Assembly: GCA_964534105.1 (NCBI GenBank)
Contig: CAZHOF010000002.1
Coordinates: forward strand, 1 to 33,618
Length of the DNA: 33,618 nucleotides
Direction: 5' to 3'
Source of the DNA: an uncultured Candidatus Saccharibacteria bacterium
GTDB lineage: Bacteria > Patescibacteriota > Minisyncoccia > UBA6257 > GWB1-50-10
A program made the position numbers and the translations under genes. Below, in pieces: positions 17,647-26,408 of the stretch. Below the pieces are notes generated by a model. That model was not told where the DNA came from, made no database searches, and was given only the letters and a program-made list of their open reading frames with translations. Numbering within the stretch: position 1 is the first letter of the stretch; each line of letters begins with the position of its first letter.

Positions 17647-17661
17647 AATATCGTTTCAAGT

Positions 17662-18477
17662 TTAGTACACAAAAAGGAGAATGGCGAGTCCGAGGAGAAC
17701 AAGAAGTGCGCCTTCCCATACACGTGACCTGCCAAGGTGCTCACGTCGCCATGTACGCACCCGCTCAACAAGCGCCGGACTACTTACCACAAAAAGGGTT
17801 GCCACAAGCGGAGTTACAAAAAGCACATTATAGAACACCAGATACCAGAAACCCTGGACGAAGCTGCGGGAATTATGTAACAGACTCAAGATGACAAGGT
17901 AGGGACCCCCTGTGCAGGGAAACTCTGAAACACCGACCAGCATACCAACGACAAAAAGGGCCGGGAGTGATCGTTTCTGCATAAGAAGAGCGATGAAACG
18001 GTGCGCCCAATCGGGAATCTTGAATCGGAATGGGAAACGCGGGATAAAAGCACTTCCAAGCTGCAACGCTCCAATTCCAACCAAAATCACAGCCGTGATC
18101 TTTGCGATGAAATTGGGAATGTTGAAAAAAGCAAAAGCCTGCAGAATGCCAATGCCGATAAGAATATAGGCCGTGAAGATGCCGGCAATGTAGACCCCTC
18201 CAAAAAGGAAAATCCGGGATCGTGATTGATTGAAACCGAACAGAAACGCAATAGTGATAAGAAGAACAGAAAAAGCGCAGGGGTTTATACTGTCAACAAG
18301 CGCCGCGACAACGACAAGTATGACGAAGAGCTGGCTCTGTCCCTTAAGTGCGGTGATTCCCTCCTCACCGAGGGGGGTAAAGCGCAACAACAAAAGAACC
18401 GCGAAAAACGTGAGGATGACACCGAGAAAAATGATTTCTTTTTTATTCATACTAGAAGATGGCATGCTGAAACCCAC
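17662..18477 (-). CDS. cytochrome c biogenesis CcdA / DsbD-type thiol-disulfide transporter
   Basis: Conserved membrane-embedded cysteines in SINPCAF and EFPCTGGPY, with 6 or more TM segments. The start is uncertain: GTG 18477, ATG 18465 or ATG 18450. Confidence 0.8.
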   Translation of the reverse strand: MGFSMPSSSMNKKEIIFLGVILTFFAVLLLLRFTPLGEEGITALKGQSQLFVILVVVAALVDSINPCAFSVLLITIAFLFGFNQSRSRIFLFGGVYIAGIFTAYILIGIGILQAFAFFNIPNFIAKITAVILVGIGALQLGSAFIPRFPFRFKIPDWAHRFIALLMQKRSLPALFVVGMLVGVSEFPCTGGPYLVILSLLHNSRSFVQGFWYLVFYNVLFVTPLVATLFVVSSPALVERVRTWRREHLGRSRVWEGALLVLLGLAILLFVY

Positions 18478-18562
18478 AAATGAGGTTCATGATTCCAAAA
18501 CCTCAAAATCGACAGAAACTTATCTTATATATTCTATTTTCTCATACTACCTTACTCCTATC

Positions 18563-18604
18563 AACAAAGAAAATACGCCATCTAGATAGCGTATTTTCTT
18601 TGTT
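18563..18604 (-). terminator. 42-nt near-perfect palindrome (16-bp arms AACAAAGAAAATACGC) after DUF378
   Basis: Read directly. The A-rich and T-rich arm ends give bidirectional terminator geometry. Confidence 0.5.
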
Positions 18605-18616
18605 CTGGGATAAAAA

Positions 18617-18859
18617 CTATTGCTGCGGCATTTGCGGTGCCTGCGGCATTTTGGGAGCTTCGCATGTCCTGCAGTTCTTCGCATAGAACACAATCTCGAA
18701 AATCGCGGCAAGACCAACCACAATATAAATAATGCGAGAAACGAGAGCGGTCATCCCTCCGAAAAGCGCGCCGATATCCCACCCGGAAACACCTACAGCG
18801 AGCCAGTTCAAACCACCAATCGCAAGAACTATAAAAGCAATATAATGGAGTGTTTTCAT
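18617..18859 (-). CDS. DUF378 membrane protein with C-terminal CRTC and PQMPQ tail
   Basis: MKTLHYIAFIVLAIGGLNWLAVGV.. is the DUF378 signature. ATG at 18859 is preferred over the 19-codon extension in the track. Confidence 0.8.
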   Translation of the reverse strand: MKTLHYIAFIVLAIGGLNWLAVGVSGWDIGALFGGMTALVSRIIYIVVGLAAIFEIVFYAKNCRTCEAPKMPQAPQMPQQ

Positions 18860-18935
18860 GGTAGTAAAAAAATAAAGTTGCCGACCTTTTTCATCTTCCC
18901 TTCCATAATACCACATTACAAAGCAAAAACCTTTT

Positions 18936-20078
18936 TTAAGTTATAGCTTTGGCAATGCGCTCCGCTATCCCTTTTTCAAAAACATCCGGCAAAATAAGAT
19001 CTGGTTGAGGATCCGGAATTATCGCGGCAAGCGCCTCAGCCGCGCGTATCAACATCACATCAGTGATATCACGAACCCTGTGATCAAGAGCGCCACGGAA
19101 AATACCGGGAAACGCGAGTACGTTATTCACCTGGTTGGGAAAATCAGAACGTCCTGTTGCGATAACACCGGCCCCGGCGGCGCTGGCCTCCTCGGGCATA
19201 ATCTCCGGAACGGGGTTTGCAAGAGCGAAAATGACGGGACTCTGGTTCATGGAAGCAACCATGTCCCGCGTAAGAATACCGCCCTTACTCACGCCGATAA
19301 ATACATCGGCTCCCGGAAGTGCCTCCGCAAGTCCTCCCCCTTTCCGGGAATGAGTAGCGTGAGCGATTTCTTCCTTGTACGGCCCGAGATCGGAACGCCC
19401 TTCATGAATGATTCCCTTGCTGTCGAGAACAACGATATGCTCAAATCCGTATTGCAGGAGAAGTTTCGTAACCGCAATACCCGCAGCACCTGCACCGCTC
19501 ATCACGATTTTCACCGACTCCTTATCCAGCCCTTGAACCCGAAGAGTATTCAAGAGCCCCGCGAGAACGACAACGGCGGTACCGTGCTGATCATCATGCA
19601 TCACGGGAATATCAAGTTTCCCCTTAAGCCGCTCCTCAATTTCGAAACAGCGGGGGGCGGAAATGTCCTCCAGATTAATGCCCCCGAAAACAGGAGCGAT
19701 GTTTTCCACTGTTTTCACGATCTCATCGGTATCCTGAGTTGCGAGACAAATCGGGAATGCATCGATGCCGCCAAATTCCTTGAACAGAACCGCCTTCCCT
19801 TCCATCACGGGAAGCGCCGCCTCGGGACCGAGATTGCCCAAACCTAAAATTGCCGAACCGTCAGAAACAATAGCAACGGAATTCGCCTTAATGGTGTATT
19901 CACGAACGCGCTCCTTGTCCTTACCGACAACGGAGCTCACGTGCCCGACACCGGGAGTGTACGCCAGAGAAAGATCCTCTCGATTCTCAAGCGGCACCGT
20001 GCTTTGAATCGAAATCTTGCCGGGATACTTCCGATGCAACGCAAGGGCTTTTTCATTCAACTCGTCGCGCTTATCCAT
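18936..20078 (-). CDS. NAD(P)-dependent malic enzyme (short, catalytic domains only)
   Basis: LSLAYTPGVG, the FEIEERL region and the Rossmann motif MSGAGAAGIA. ATG at 20078; the track start at 20099 is TTG. Confidence 0.88.
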   Translation of the reverse strand: MDKRDELNEKALALHRKYPGKISIQSTVPLENREDLSLAYTPGVGHVSSVVGKDKERVREYTIKANSVAIVSDGSAILGLGNLGPEAALPVMEGKAVLFKEFGGIDAFPICLATQDTDEIVKTVENIAPVFGGINLEDISAPRCFEIEERLKGKLDIPVMHDDQHGTAVVVLAGLLNTLRVQGLDKESVKIVMSGAGAAGIAVTKLLLQYGFEHIVVLDSKGIIHEGRSDLGPYKEEIAHATHSRKGGGLAEALPGADVFIGVSKGGILTRDMVASMNQSPVIFALANPVPEIMPEEASAAGAGVIATGRSDFPNQVNNVLAFPGIFRGALDHRVRDITDVMLIRAAEALAAIIPDPQPDLILPDVFEKGIAERIAKAIT

Positions 20079-20145
20079 ATCTTTCCCATTATCATACAAT
20101 AACGTGGCTCACGAAGCATCATTTGATCACGGATTCCCACACCGC

Positions 20146-20187
20146 ACATCCTCAAAATATCCACATATGTGGATATTTTGAGGATGT
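20146..20187. repeat. 42-nt perfect palindrome ACATCCTCAAAATATCCACAT/ATGTGGATATTTTGAGGATGT
   Basis: Read directly. It is intergenic between the hydrolase stop (20215) and the malic enzyme start. It could be a bidirectional terminator and/or an operator. Confidence 0.8.
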
Positions 20188-20214
20188 AAAAAATTAATGG
20201 GAAGGAACTCGAAC

Positions 20215-20766
20215 CTAAGAATGGGAACGACTTCTTCCCATAAGAAACGGCAGATACACGGCAAAAAGAGTGACGTAATTGATAAAAATAAACCATGGAT
20301 GTCCCCAGGAAAAACCATCGAATTTCCAATCCGAGAGAGGCCACAAAAATGGCGTCGGATAAAACTCATAGGAGTGGGTTGGAATATCGATAAGGATATG
20401 AAGAAACCAGCCGCCTATTTCCCAAGGAATACGGCGGAAAATCTTCAACCGATAGAGAAGGAAAAGAACTCCGCATACGAGGATAAAAACAAAGAAGCTG
20501 TGGCTGATGCTATAAAGTCCCTGGGTAATCTGGAAAAGCATTCCATCGTGAGGAGGCGGCTCGGCCGCATCAGGCCGTGCGATGAGCGAAGAAACCTCGC
20601 CCGTGAAAAGAAGCTGGATAATAAGCCAGACAAAAAGCGGAGCAAAAGCAAAAAAATCGGGAAAGACGCCCCAGAGAGCCGCTCGCCACGCCGAAATACG
20701 CAAACCCTTGCGCGTTGCAGCTTTCGCCGCGGCCCCAGCCCAAAGTCCGTGGGCAAAAATATCCAT
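20215..20766 (-). CDS. membrane-bound metal-dependent hydrolase-like protein (YdjM/DUF457-like)
   Basis: Multi-TM protein with His-rich motifs (MDIFAHGLW.., ..HILIDIPTH). The assignment is from memory only. Confidence 0.55.
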   Translation of the reverse strand: MDIFAHGLWAGAAAKAATRKGLRISAWRAALWGVFPDFFAFAPLFVWLIIQLLFTGEVSSLIARPDAAEPPPHDGMLFQITQGLYSISHSFFVFILVCGVLFLLYRLKIFRRIPWEIGGWFLHILIDIPTHSYEFYPTPFLWPLSDWKFDGFSWGHPWFIFINYVTLFAVYLPFLMGRSRSHS

Positions 20767-20924
20767 AGAAAACTAGGATTGCTGAGCAAACTGCAATCCC
20801 CAATAAATAAGCAGGGCGGCCCCGATAAAGAAAACCCAAAACTCCATTCGTCTAAACACTTTGAATAAAAACAGACAAATAAAAAGCGCTCGCAAGCGCT
20901 CGCAAAGCAAGCGTAGCATATCGC

Positions 20925-20966
20925 CAAAAACAAGACAAACCCGCCTGCAGATTATCGCAGGCGGGT
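20925..20966 (-). terminator. intrinsic terminator of the 126-aa orphan gene
   Basis: The minus strand reads ACCCGCCTGC-gataatct-GCAGGCGGGT followed by TTGTCTTGTTTTT. Confidence 0.75.
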
Positions 20967-20971
20967 CATAG

Positions 20972-21352
20972 TCATGATTGGCTGTGTGGCAGCTCATCGA
21001 CGTAGCGATGAAGGAAATACAAACAGCGTCGGTCTCCGGAATTCTCCACAACCGACCGCAGTTGGAAAACAATCCTCTCCTCGCCTTCCCGAAATGGCGT
21101 GAGGAAAAGCAAGGTGCGGTATGCCCACCACGCCTGCTCCCCCGCGCACACCACGTCTGAAAGCCGTTCCACGAAATCGGGCACATCACGAACCTCGGGA
21201 ACGGTAAGTGCCAGACATGCCGCCCGGGAAAAACCGCTGTCACAAATACCGCGAACAAGCATGCCTGGAACGCTGGAAGAGAACTGCCCGTCGCGAAGCA
21301 CCCTCCATGCCTGCTCGGCCTCCTCTACAGTAAGGGGTTTTCCTTCCGCCAT
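20972..21352 (-). CDS. hypothetical protein, 126 aa, GC-rich orphan
   Basis: Start context is TTTCAAGGAGGtgtaagATG at 21352. It has its own promoter and terminator. The sequence is MAEGKPLTVEEAEQAWRVLRDGQ... No family recognised. Confidence 0.6.
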   Translation of the reverse strand: MAEGKPLTVEEAEQAWRVLRDGQFSSSVPGMLVRGICDSGFSRAACLALTVPEVRDVPDFVERLSDVVCAGEQAWWAYRTLLFLTPFREGEERIVFQLRSVVENSGDRRCLYFLHRYVDELPHSQS

Positions 21353-21389
21353 CTTACACCTCCTTGAAAAAGAACGGGAAACTACCTTC

Positions 21390-21418
21390 GTATTACATCT
21401 TTTCAGATAAAAAGTCAA
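21390..21418 (-). promoter_or_regulatory. promoter TTGACT-N17-TAATAC for the 126-aa orphan
   Basis: On the plus strand, agtcaa is at 21413-21418 and gtatta at 21390-21395. Confidence 0.5.
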
Positions 21419-21424
21419 ATAATA

Positions 21425-22432
21425 TTAGGAGCGCGATTCAGCAAACGCAACGAGTTCCATTCCCGGAAAAGCCGCCGAAGAATCGGCGCATCCGAGCACA
21501 AGAGCGTCCCCTTTCGCGCGAAGCGTCTCTTCAAGCTTTCCAAAAACGTCATAAATACGGGCGATAGGATCCCCATGTTTCACCACGGCTCCAGGCCGCA
21601 CAAGAAAACGTACGATGCCGCTCGTTGATGCAGTCGGTTGATGCGAATACCGCAAAATTTTTCCGCGGAATAAAGGCGGAATACTGAACGAAACAGGATA
21701 ATCGGAATCATTCTTTTTCACCATACTAAGCGAAGACATTATTCTGAAAATTGCGTTCACGCCATCATTTACGTGCTGTTCGTCAACAATGTTTGCACCC
21801 CCAAGTTCCAATGTAACCGAAGGGATTCCGTTCAGAAGTAAGCTCCCGGAAAGCGTCTTGCGAAGTTCCAAAGTATCTTCCGCATCCTCGCGCTCGTTTA
21901 CCATGAGAAACCCGGAAAATTCTGCAAAATGCTTTGTGTTTTCATATGCTGACTTTTGCTTCTGGCCAGGATAGGGGTCAAGCAAAGCGTAAGGGATGGA
22001 CTGGAGCCAATCATTATGGAGATCAAGGACAAGCGTAGGCTTCGTCTTTATGATAGTGCTGAAAATTTTATGGGCAATGCGTTCCGCAAGTGTCCCCTGT
22101 TGGCCTCCGGGAAAAGAACGATTCAGGTCTTCTTTACTCAACACGGTCCCGCGGGAGACGGTTTCAAACCCAATCGGGTTCATCACGGGAAAGGCGAAGA
22201 GCGATCCTTTCTGCAGCGGAGTTTTCCGGAGCAGCTTCAAAACTTCCTGAATGACAACCACTCCACCAACCTCATCGCCGTGTACGCAGGCCGTAAGCCA
22301 CAACACAGGACCGGGTATCCCGCTTCTTACCTCAACAAATGGTAATCTTCGCGAAGAAAGATCGGATCCCGTAAGGATCCGTAAGAAGGAATGGCGCGGT
22401 TTGCGCGGACGTTTTAAAAACAAAGGAATCAT
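21425..22432 (-). CDS. succinylglutamate desuccinylase / aspartoacylase (AstE/AspA, M14-like) family protein
   Basis: Zn-ligand motifs ACVHGDEVGG and VLDLHND. ATG at 22432 is chosen. The alternative TTG at 22498 overlaps the DUF763 stop (TTGA). Confidence 0.7.
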   Translation of the reverse strand: MIPLFLKRPRKPRHSFLRILTGSDLSSRRLPFVEVRSGIPGPVLWLTACVHGDEVGGVVVIQEVLKLLRKTPLQKGSLFAFPVMNPIGFETVSRGTVLSKEDLNRSFPGGQQGTLAERIAHKIFSTIIKTKPTLVLDLHNDWLQSIPYALLDPYPGQKQKSAYENTKHFAEFSGFLMVNEREDAEDTLELRKTLSGSLLLNGIPSVTLELGGANIVDEQHVNDGVNAIFRIMSSLSMVKKNDSDYPVSFSIPPLFRGKILRYSHQPTASTSGIVRFLVRPGAVVKHGDPIARIYDVFGKLEETLRAKGDALVLGCADSSAAFPGMELVAFAESRS

Positions 22433-22494
22433 AGGTAGAGGAATAATACCATAAAAAGAGAGAGCTGACAAATGACCGGATTCGGGGATAAAAA

Positions 22495-23655
22495 TCAATT
22501 CGAACGCAAACGCGAATGAATTTTTCGTTTCTCAAAAGGGCTGATTCGGGTCTTTTCCACAAATCTGCGCATCGTCTCAATGGACTGGTCGAAGGTTATG
22601 CGGTCGACGGGATACGGCGTCTCGTCCTTACCGCCATGTGCAAAGGAATAGCGTGCCGGGTCCTCGTACGATGGTTTTGCCCCATAAATCACCTCTGCCA
22701 CAAGCGCAAGAGCGCGCATCGTCTTCGGGCCCACGCCCCGCGTGGCAAGCAGTTTTTCATACGTCTCCGGTTTCTCATCGCAAACTTTCCAAAGAATTTT
22801 CTGCAGGTACTTACTCTTTGAAAAATCTTCAGCGAGAACAGGATGCGTACGAAACTCCCGCCGCTCCAAATTTAATAACTTCAACTGCTCATTGTTCGGG
22901 CAACCGACGGAAACCATCTGCGAAAGCGCGGAAGAGTGCCGCGCAAGCAGACGGAAATCCTTCATAAGCGTCTGGAATCCTTCCTGCGAAACAAGTGAGG
23001 TGCTTACCGACCGGGTTGCATCACTCGCGCCCGCAGTGAGATTTAAAACAGTCCGTGCGCGCACCTGACTTGCAATACCCGAATGCGGCTCCCGCACAAG
23101 ATCCTTCACGCGCAAGGAATGCCAATGATACCGGCGAGCGGTTTGATTTGCGGTATTCATCCCCTGCTGCACCACCGTCCATGCCCCGCCTCGCGTAAAG
23201 AAAAAACTATGGTGATAAATCTGAAACTCGTCTTGAATAAGTGAACTGTCAACTTTCGCTGCCATCCTGGAATTGTAAGAAAGCGCTCTCGCCCGGTCTT
23301 CGGGCAAAGCAAGACGATTGCTCCATAGAGCAATCTCGTCGGGTGTCTTCAAAGACGTCTTCCCTTTCCCGCCACAGATAAAAATACCAAGATCACGTTC
23401 CTCGCCACGGATCGCTTCTTTTAGGGCAGCCGTGAGAATCGTAGTAAGTCCCGAGGCGTTCCAGTCGAAGGCAAGAACAGTGCCAAGTGACTGAAACCAC
23501 GCCGGATCTCCTATCCTTCGGACAAACGCCTCCGGCCCTTCTTCGGCAACAATCACGCGGATCATCTCGCGCCCCAGTTTCACCATGCGCTCGAAAAGCC
23601 ACCGCGGGCATTTCCCGTAATCGAGCGTGAATGTGGCAACACCACGCTTGATCAT
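22495..23655 (-). CDS. DUF763 protein
   Basis: The N-terminus MIKRGVATFTLDYGKCPRWLFERMVKLG is typical of DUF763. There is a C-terminal HhH-like GVGPKTMRALALVAE. The start overlaps the DUF167 stop (ATGA). Confidence 0.75.
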   Translation of the reverse strand: MIKRGVATFTLDYGKCPRWLFERMVKLGREMIRVIVAEEGPEAFVRRIGDPAWFQSLGTVLAFDWNASGLTTILTAALKEAIRGEERDLGIFICGGKGKTSLKTPDEIALWSNRLALPEDRARALSYNSRMAAKVDSSLIQDEFQIYHHSFFFTRGGAWTVVQQGMNTANQTARRYHWHSLRVKDLVREPHSGIASQVRARTVLNLTAGASDATRSVSTSLVSQEGFQTLMKDFRLLARHSSALSQMVSVGCPNNEQLKLLNLERREFRTHPVLAEDFSKSKYLQKILWKVCDEKPETYEKLLATRGVGPKTMRALALVAEVIYGAKPSYEDPARYSFAHGGKDETPYPVDRITFDQSIETMRRFVEKTRISPFEKRKIHSRLRSN

Positions 23656-23873
23656 AACGCGATATCAAGAAGTTTTTCGCGGCTCGACGCACCTGAAACG
23701 ATCGCAACGCGCGAAGGGGAAATATTGAAATAACCGGCAACCGCCGAAAGAACCGCCTTATTCGCCCGTCCTTCAAGTGGACGCTCCCGCACGGAAACCG
23801 TAAGGTGCGTCTCATCGATTTTTTCTATTTTCTCCGCCCGGGCTCCCGTTTTTACCTTCACAAAAATTCGCAT
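23652..23873 (-). CDS. DUF167 (YggU-like) protein
   Basis: 73 aa with ..PLEGRANKAVLSAVAGYFNISPSRVAIVSGASSREKLLDI, the family signature. Confidence 0.85.
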   Translation of the reverse strand: MRIFVKVKTGARAEKIEKIDETHLTVSVRERPLEGRANKAVLSAVAGYFNISPSRVAIVSGASSREKLLDIAL

Positions 23874-23931
23874 AAACCGCCTTCATCTTCATTTTACCAC
23901 GGCAAGGAATATTATCAGTAACACAATCACC

Positions 23932-23971
23932 GTCCTCAAAAATCTTCCCGATCGGGAAGATTTTTGAGGAC
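23932..23971. terminator. 40-nt perfect palindrome GTCCTCAAAAATCTTCCCGA/TCGGGAAGATTTTTGAGGAC (bidirectional terminator geometry)
   Basis: The inner GC stem CTTCCCGATCGGGAAG is flanked by AAAAAT/ATTTTT. It lies between the queA stop and the DUF167 start. Confidence 0.6.
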
Positions 23972-24012
23972 ACGTCTCGAACTAAATGGAGACAGGTAAA
24001 GTAATGGGGAGA

Positions 24013-25044
24013 TTATAGAAGCAGCATCCCGTCGCCGAAGGAGAAAAGATGGAAATCCTCCAGAATTGCCTGCCGGTAAAGAGAAAGGATCTCCTTTCTT
24101 CCGGCAAAAGCGGAAACCAGCATCAGCAAGCTGGATCGGGGAACGTGGAAATTAGTCACCATACTATCCACAAAAGAGAAGTGGTGCCCCTCGCGTATAA
24201 AAAGCTCGGTTTCTCCGGAAAGCCGGGAAAGTCGCTTCTTGCCGCATACCGCTGATTCAAGCGTTCGCACAACAGTGGTACCAACGGCAACAATCGGCCT
24301 GCCTGACCGCTTCGCGCGATTCAAAAAATCCGCCGTCCGCTGATCAATCGTGAAATGCTCGCGATGAAGCTTGCCGAGCCGAAGCTGCTCGTCACGTACC
24401 GGAGCGAATGTCCCCAAACCCACATGAAGCGTTATATATTGAAGATCGATTCCGGAACGCTTTAACTTCTTCAACAAACGATCAGTAAAATGAAGCGATG
24501 CCGTAGGAGCCGCGACCGAACCATCTGATCGGGCAAAAACGGACTGATAGGCATTGCGAAGCTTCCTACCGGAAAGCGGTGAATGTTTTATGTAGGGAGG
24601 AAGCGGGGTTTCCCCAAAGCGGTTTAAAATCTTCCTAAAATCAGAAATGGGAAACGACGGAGAAAGGACGTACGTCTCCCCTTCCTTGCCAAGAACGATG
24701 AAGAATCGTCGCGAAGAAAGGAAAAGGCGGGAACCGGGAGAAAGGCGCCGATCCGCAAGCGCGATAATACACTTCGCTTCATTCCGGAGATAGAGTAGAC
24801 GCACAACACCACCCGTTTCCTTGCGCACGGTAAGACGCGCGGGCAAAACCTTTGTCTGATTCAGCACGAGAACACTCCCTTCGGGAAGATAATTCCCAAT
24901 ATTGCGAAATACGTCGAAAGAAACGCTGCCGGAAACCCGGTTGAAAACAAGAAGACGCGCACCGTCTCGGGGACTGGCCGGGGTTTGTGCTATACGGTCT
25001 TTTGGAAACGGAAAATCGTATCGGGAAAACGACGGAACACTCAT
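24013..25044 (-). CDS. queA: S-adenosylmethionine:tRNA ribosyltransferase-isomerase
   Basis: Length, TLHVGLGTF, VAVGTTVVRTLES and the C-terminal FSFGDGMLL are typical of QueA. Confidence 0.9.
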   Translation of the reverse strand: MSVPSFSRYDFPFPKDRIAQTPASPRDGARLLVFNRVSGSVSFDVFRNIGNYLPEGSVLVLNQTKVLPARLTVRKETGGVVRLLYLRNEAKCIIALADRRLSPGSRLFLSSRRFFIVLGKEGETYVLSPSFPISDFRKILNRFGETPLPPYIKHSPLSGRKLRNAYQSVFARSDGSVAAPTASLHFTDRLLKKLKRSGIDLQYITLHVGLGTFAPVRDEQLRLGKLHREHFTIDQRTADFLNRAKRSGRPIVAVGTTVVRTLESAVCGKKRLSRLSGETELFIREGHHFSFVDSMVTNFHVPRSSLLMLVSAFAGRKEILSLYRQAILEDFHLFSFGDGMLLL

Positions 25045-25047
25045 ATA

Positions 25048-26403
25048 CTAACGGTCCCATGACGAATCCAGTACTTCCCTCGGTAAGGGAACAATAACTC
25101 TGCTGAGATGCGATCCGTCCTCTTCTCCCTGAACCGGAAAGATAAAAGACGGTACCAACAACTCCTCCATAGTTCCTTCCCTGTCTCGCATGGATTTCAC
25201 ATAACCGCGGAAGGGTGTGTCTAAGTACAGAACGGATGACGCATCAGACCTCTGGGAAGGTAAGCCGGTAGGAAAGGCGCTAAACCACCCGCCCTGCTCC
25301 GCAATTGAAATAAGACGATCCGTATCCCGCTCTGCGGGATATAAGGAACCCTCATAGCTTTGCGCGGCAAGACCCCACAAACTCAACACGCGGAGATCGC
25401 GAAGACGAATCAAAACCGAAAGCCCTGCCTGTTCCCCACTGCTCTCAAACACGGGATTGTCCGTAATCATCGCCGGATACGACACGCGCAACGCATCGGG
25501 CATGAAATCAGGATCATTCTGAAAAACGCGCCAATCATGGGAAACAAGGGGGGTATCGTAGATATCTCGGTCAATTCCGTACACGGCAAGAAAACCATCC
25601 GCAACGCCGATCAATACGCCGTCCTCCGGAATAGCATTTGGCATCCCTACCTGTTCCTCTTCTCCCTGCCAGGAAACCCAGGACTGGTTGATGGTAATGT
25701 TGCCCTCCGCAAGATTTACATGAATCTCATAACCATAAGGCCGATCCTCGATAAGGGAAAATGACTGCAGAAGCGGATTTCCGAGACGCGAAAGATCAAA
25801 AATGCCGAGCTCTGTCTTTCGAAGACGGTCCGCAAATGCTTTGCTTGCGTAGTCACCCTTAATCCGGCGCAACACGCGAACCGACTGAGGAACAGAGATT
25901 GGAACGCCGCGATACTCGAAACGATAAGAAGGCGCAACAAAGAGCCCGGAAGGAGCGGAGATCGCGGGAGAACCACCGGCACCGCCGAAACCGAGAACCT
26001 CGCCGGCAGGCACTCCCTCCTCGCGTGAAGAAAGATCGCCGAACATCTTCTCGTGAACCGCAACTACCGAAGGTTTACCCGGCAAGAGGGCTTCTCCACC
26101 CCAGAGATAAACGGCGCCGACAAGAAGAACAAGTGATGCAAGAGCTCCGGCAAGAAGATAATTGAATCTCGGCAGCGCAAATCTATGGTGCGTCTCGCGT
26201 TCCCGTAGAGAAAGCTCGCGGGCTCGGGCGACAAGTGAATCTCGTAACTCCGCGCGGAACCGATCGCTTATCTCCGCCCGAGGTCGCAATAAAAGCAACG
26301 CGTCAAGAAGTTCTCGAAGCTCTTCCCTTTGGGAAGCAAGGTCCTTATGCAAAGCACAGATGTCCTCGATAATCTTGTTTTTCTCTTCTTCGCTTATCCG
26401 CAT
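25048..26403 (-). CDS. single-pass membrane protein downstream of the ECF sigma (putative anti-sigma factor / sensor)
   Basis: ATG at 26403 (MRISEEEKNKII..), 5 nt after the sigma stop. One TM segment (LLAGALASLVLLVGAVYLW) and a 330-aa extracytoplasmic domain. No ZAS HxxxCxxC motif. The role is inferred from position only. Confidence 0.55.
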   Translation of the reverse strand: MRISEEEKNKIIEDICALHKDLASQREELRELLDALLLLRPRAEISDRFRAELRDSLVARARELSLRERETHHRFALPRFNYLLAGALASLVLLVGAVYLWGGEALLPGKPSVVAVHEKMFGDLSSREEGVPAGEVLGFGGAGGSPAISAPSGLFVAPSYRFEYRGVPISVPQSVRVLRRIKGDYASKAFADRLRKTELGIFDLSRLGNPLLQSFSLIEDRPYGYEIHVNLAEGNITINQSWVSWQGEEEQVGMPNAIPEDGVLIGVADGFLAVYGIDRDIYDTPLVSHDWRVFQNDPDFMPDALRVSYPAMITDNPVFESSGEQAGLSVLIRLRDLRVLSLWGLAAQSYEGSLYPAERDTDRLISIAEQGGWFSAFPTGLPSQRSDASSVLYLDTPFRGYVKSMRDREGTMEELLVPSFIFPVQGEEDGSHLSRVIVPLPREVLDSSWDR

Positions 26404-26408
26404 AGTAG

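Noticed and set aside
18860-18935. 12-codon upstream ORF (MKKVGNFIFLLP) overlapping the DUF378 start, preceded by GGAAGGGAAG
   Set aside because: The purine tract abuts the ATG with no spacing, and there is no independent support. It is probably fortuitous.
20773-20847. 24-aa hydrophobic ORF MEFWVFFIGAALLIYWGLQFAQQS ending 7 nt before the hydrolase start, plus the tandem decamer AGCGCTCGCA x2 at 20885-20904
   Set aside because: There is no SD and no convincing -10 at leaderless distance. It could be real, but the evidence is too thin. The decamer duplication is too short to interpret.
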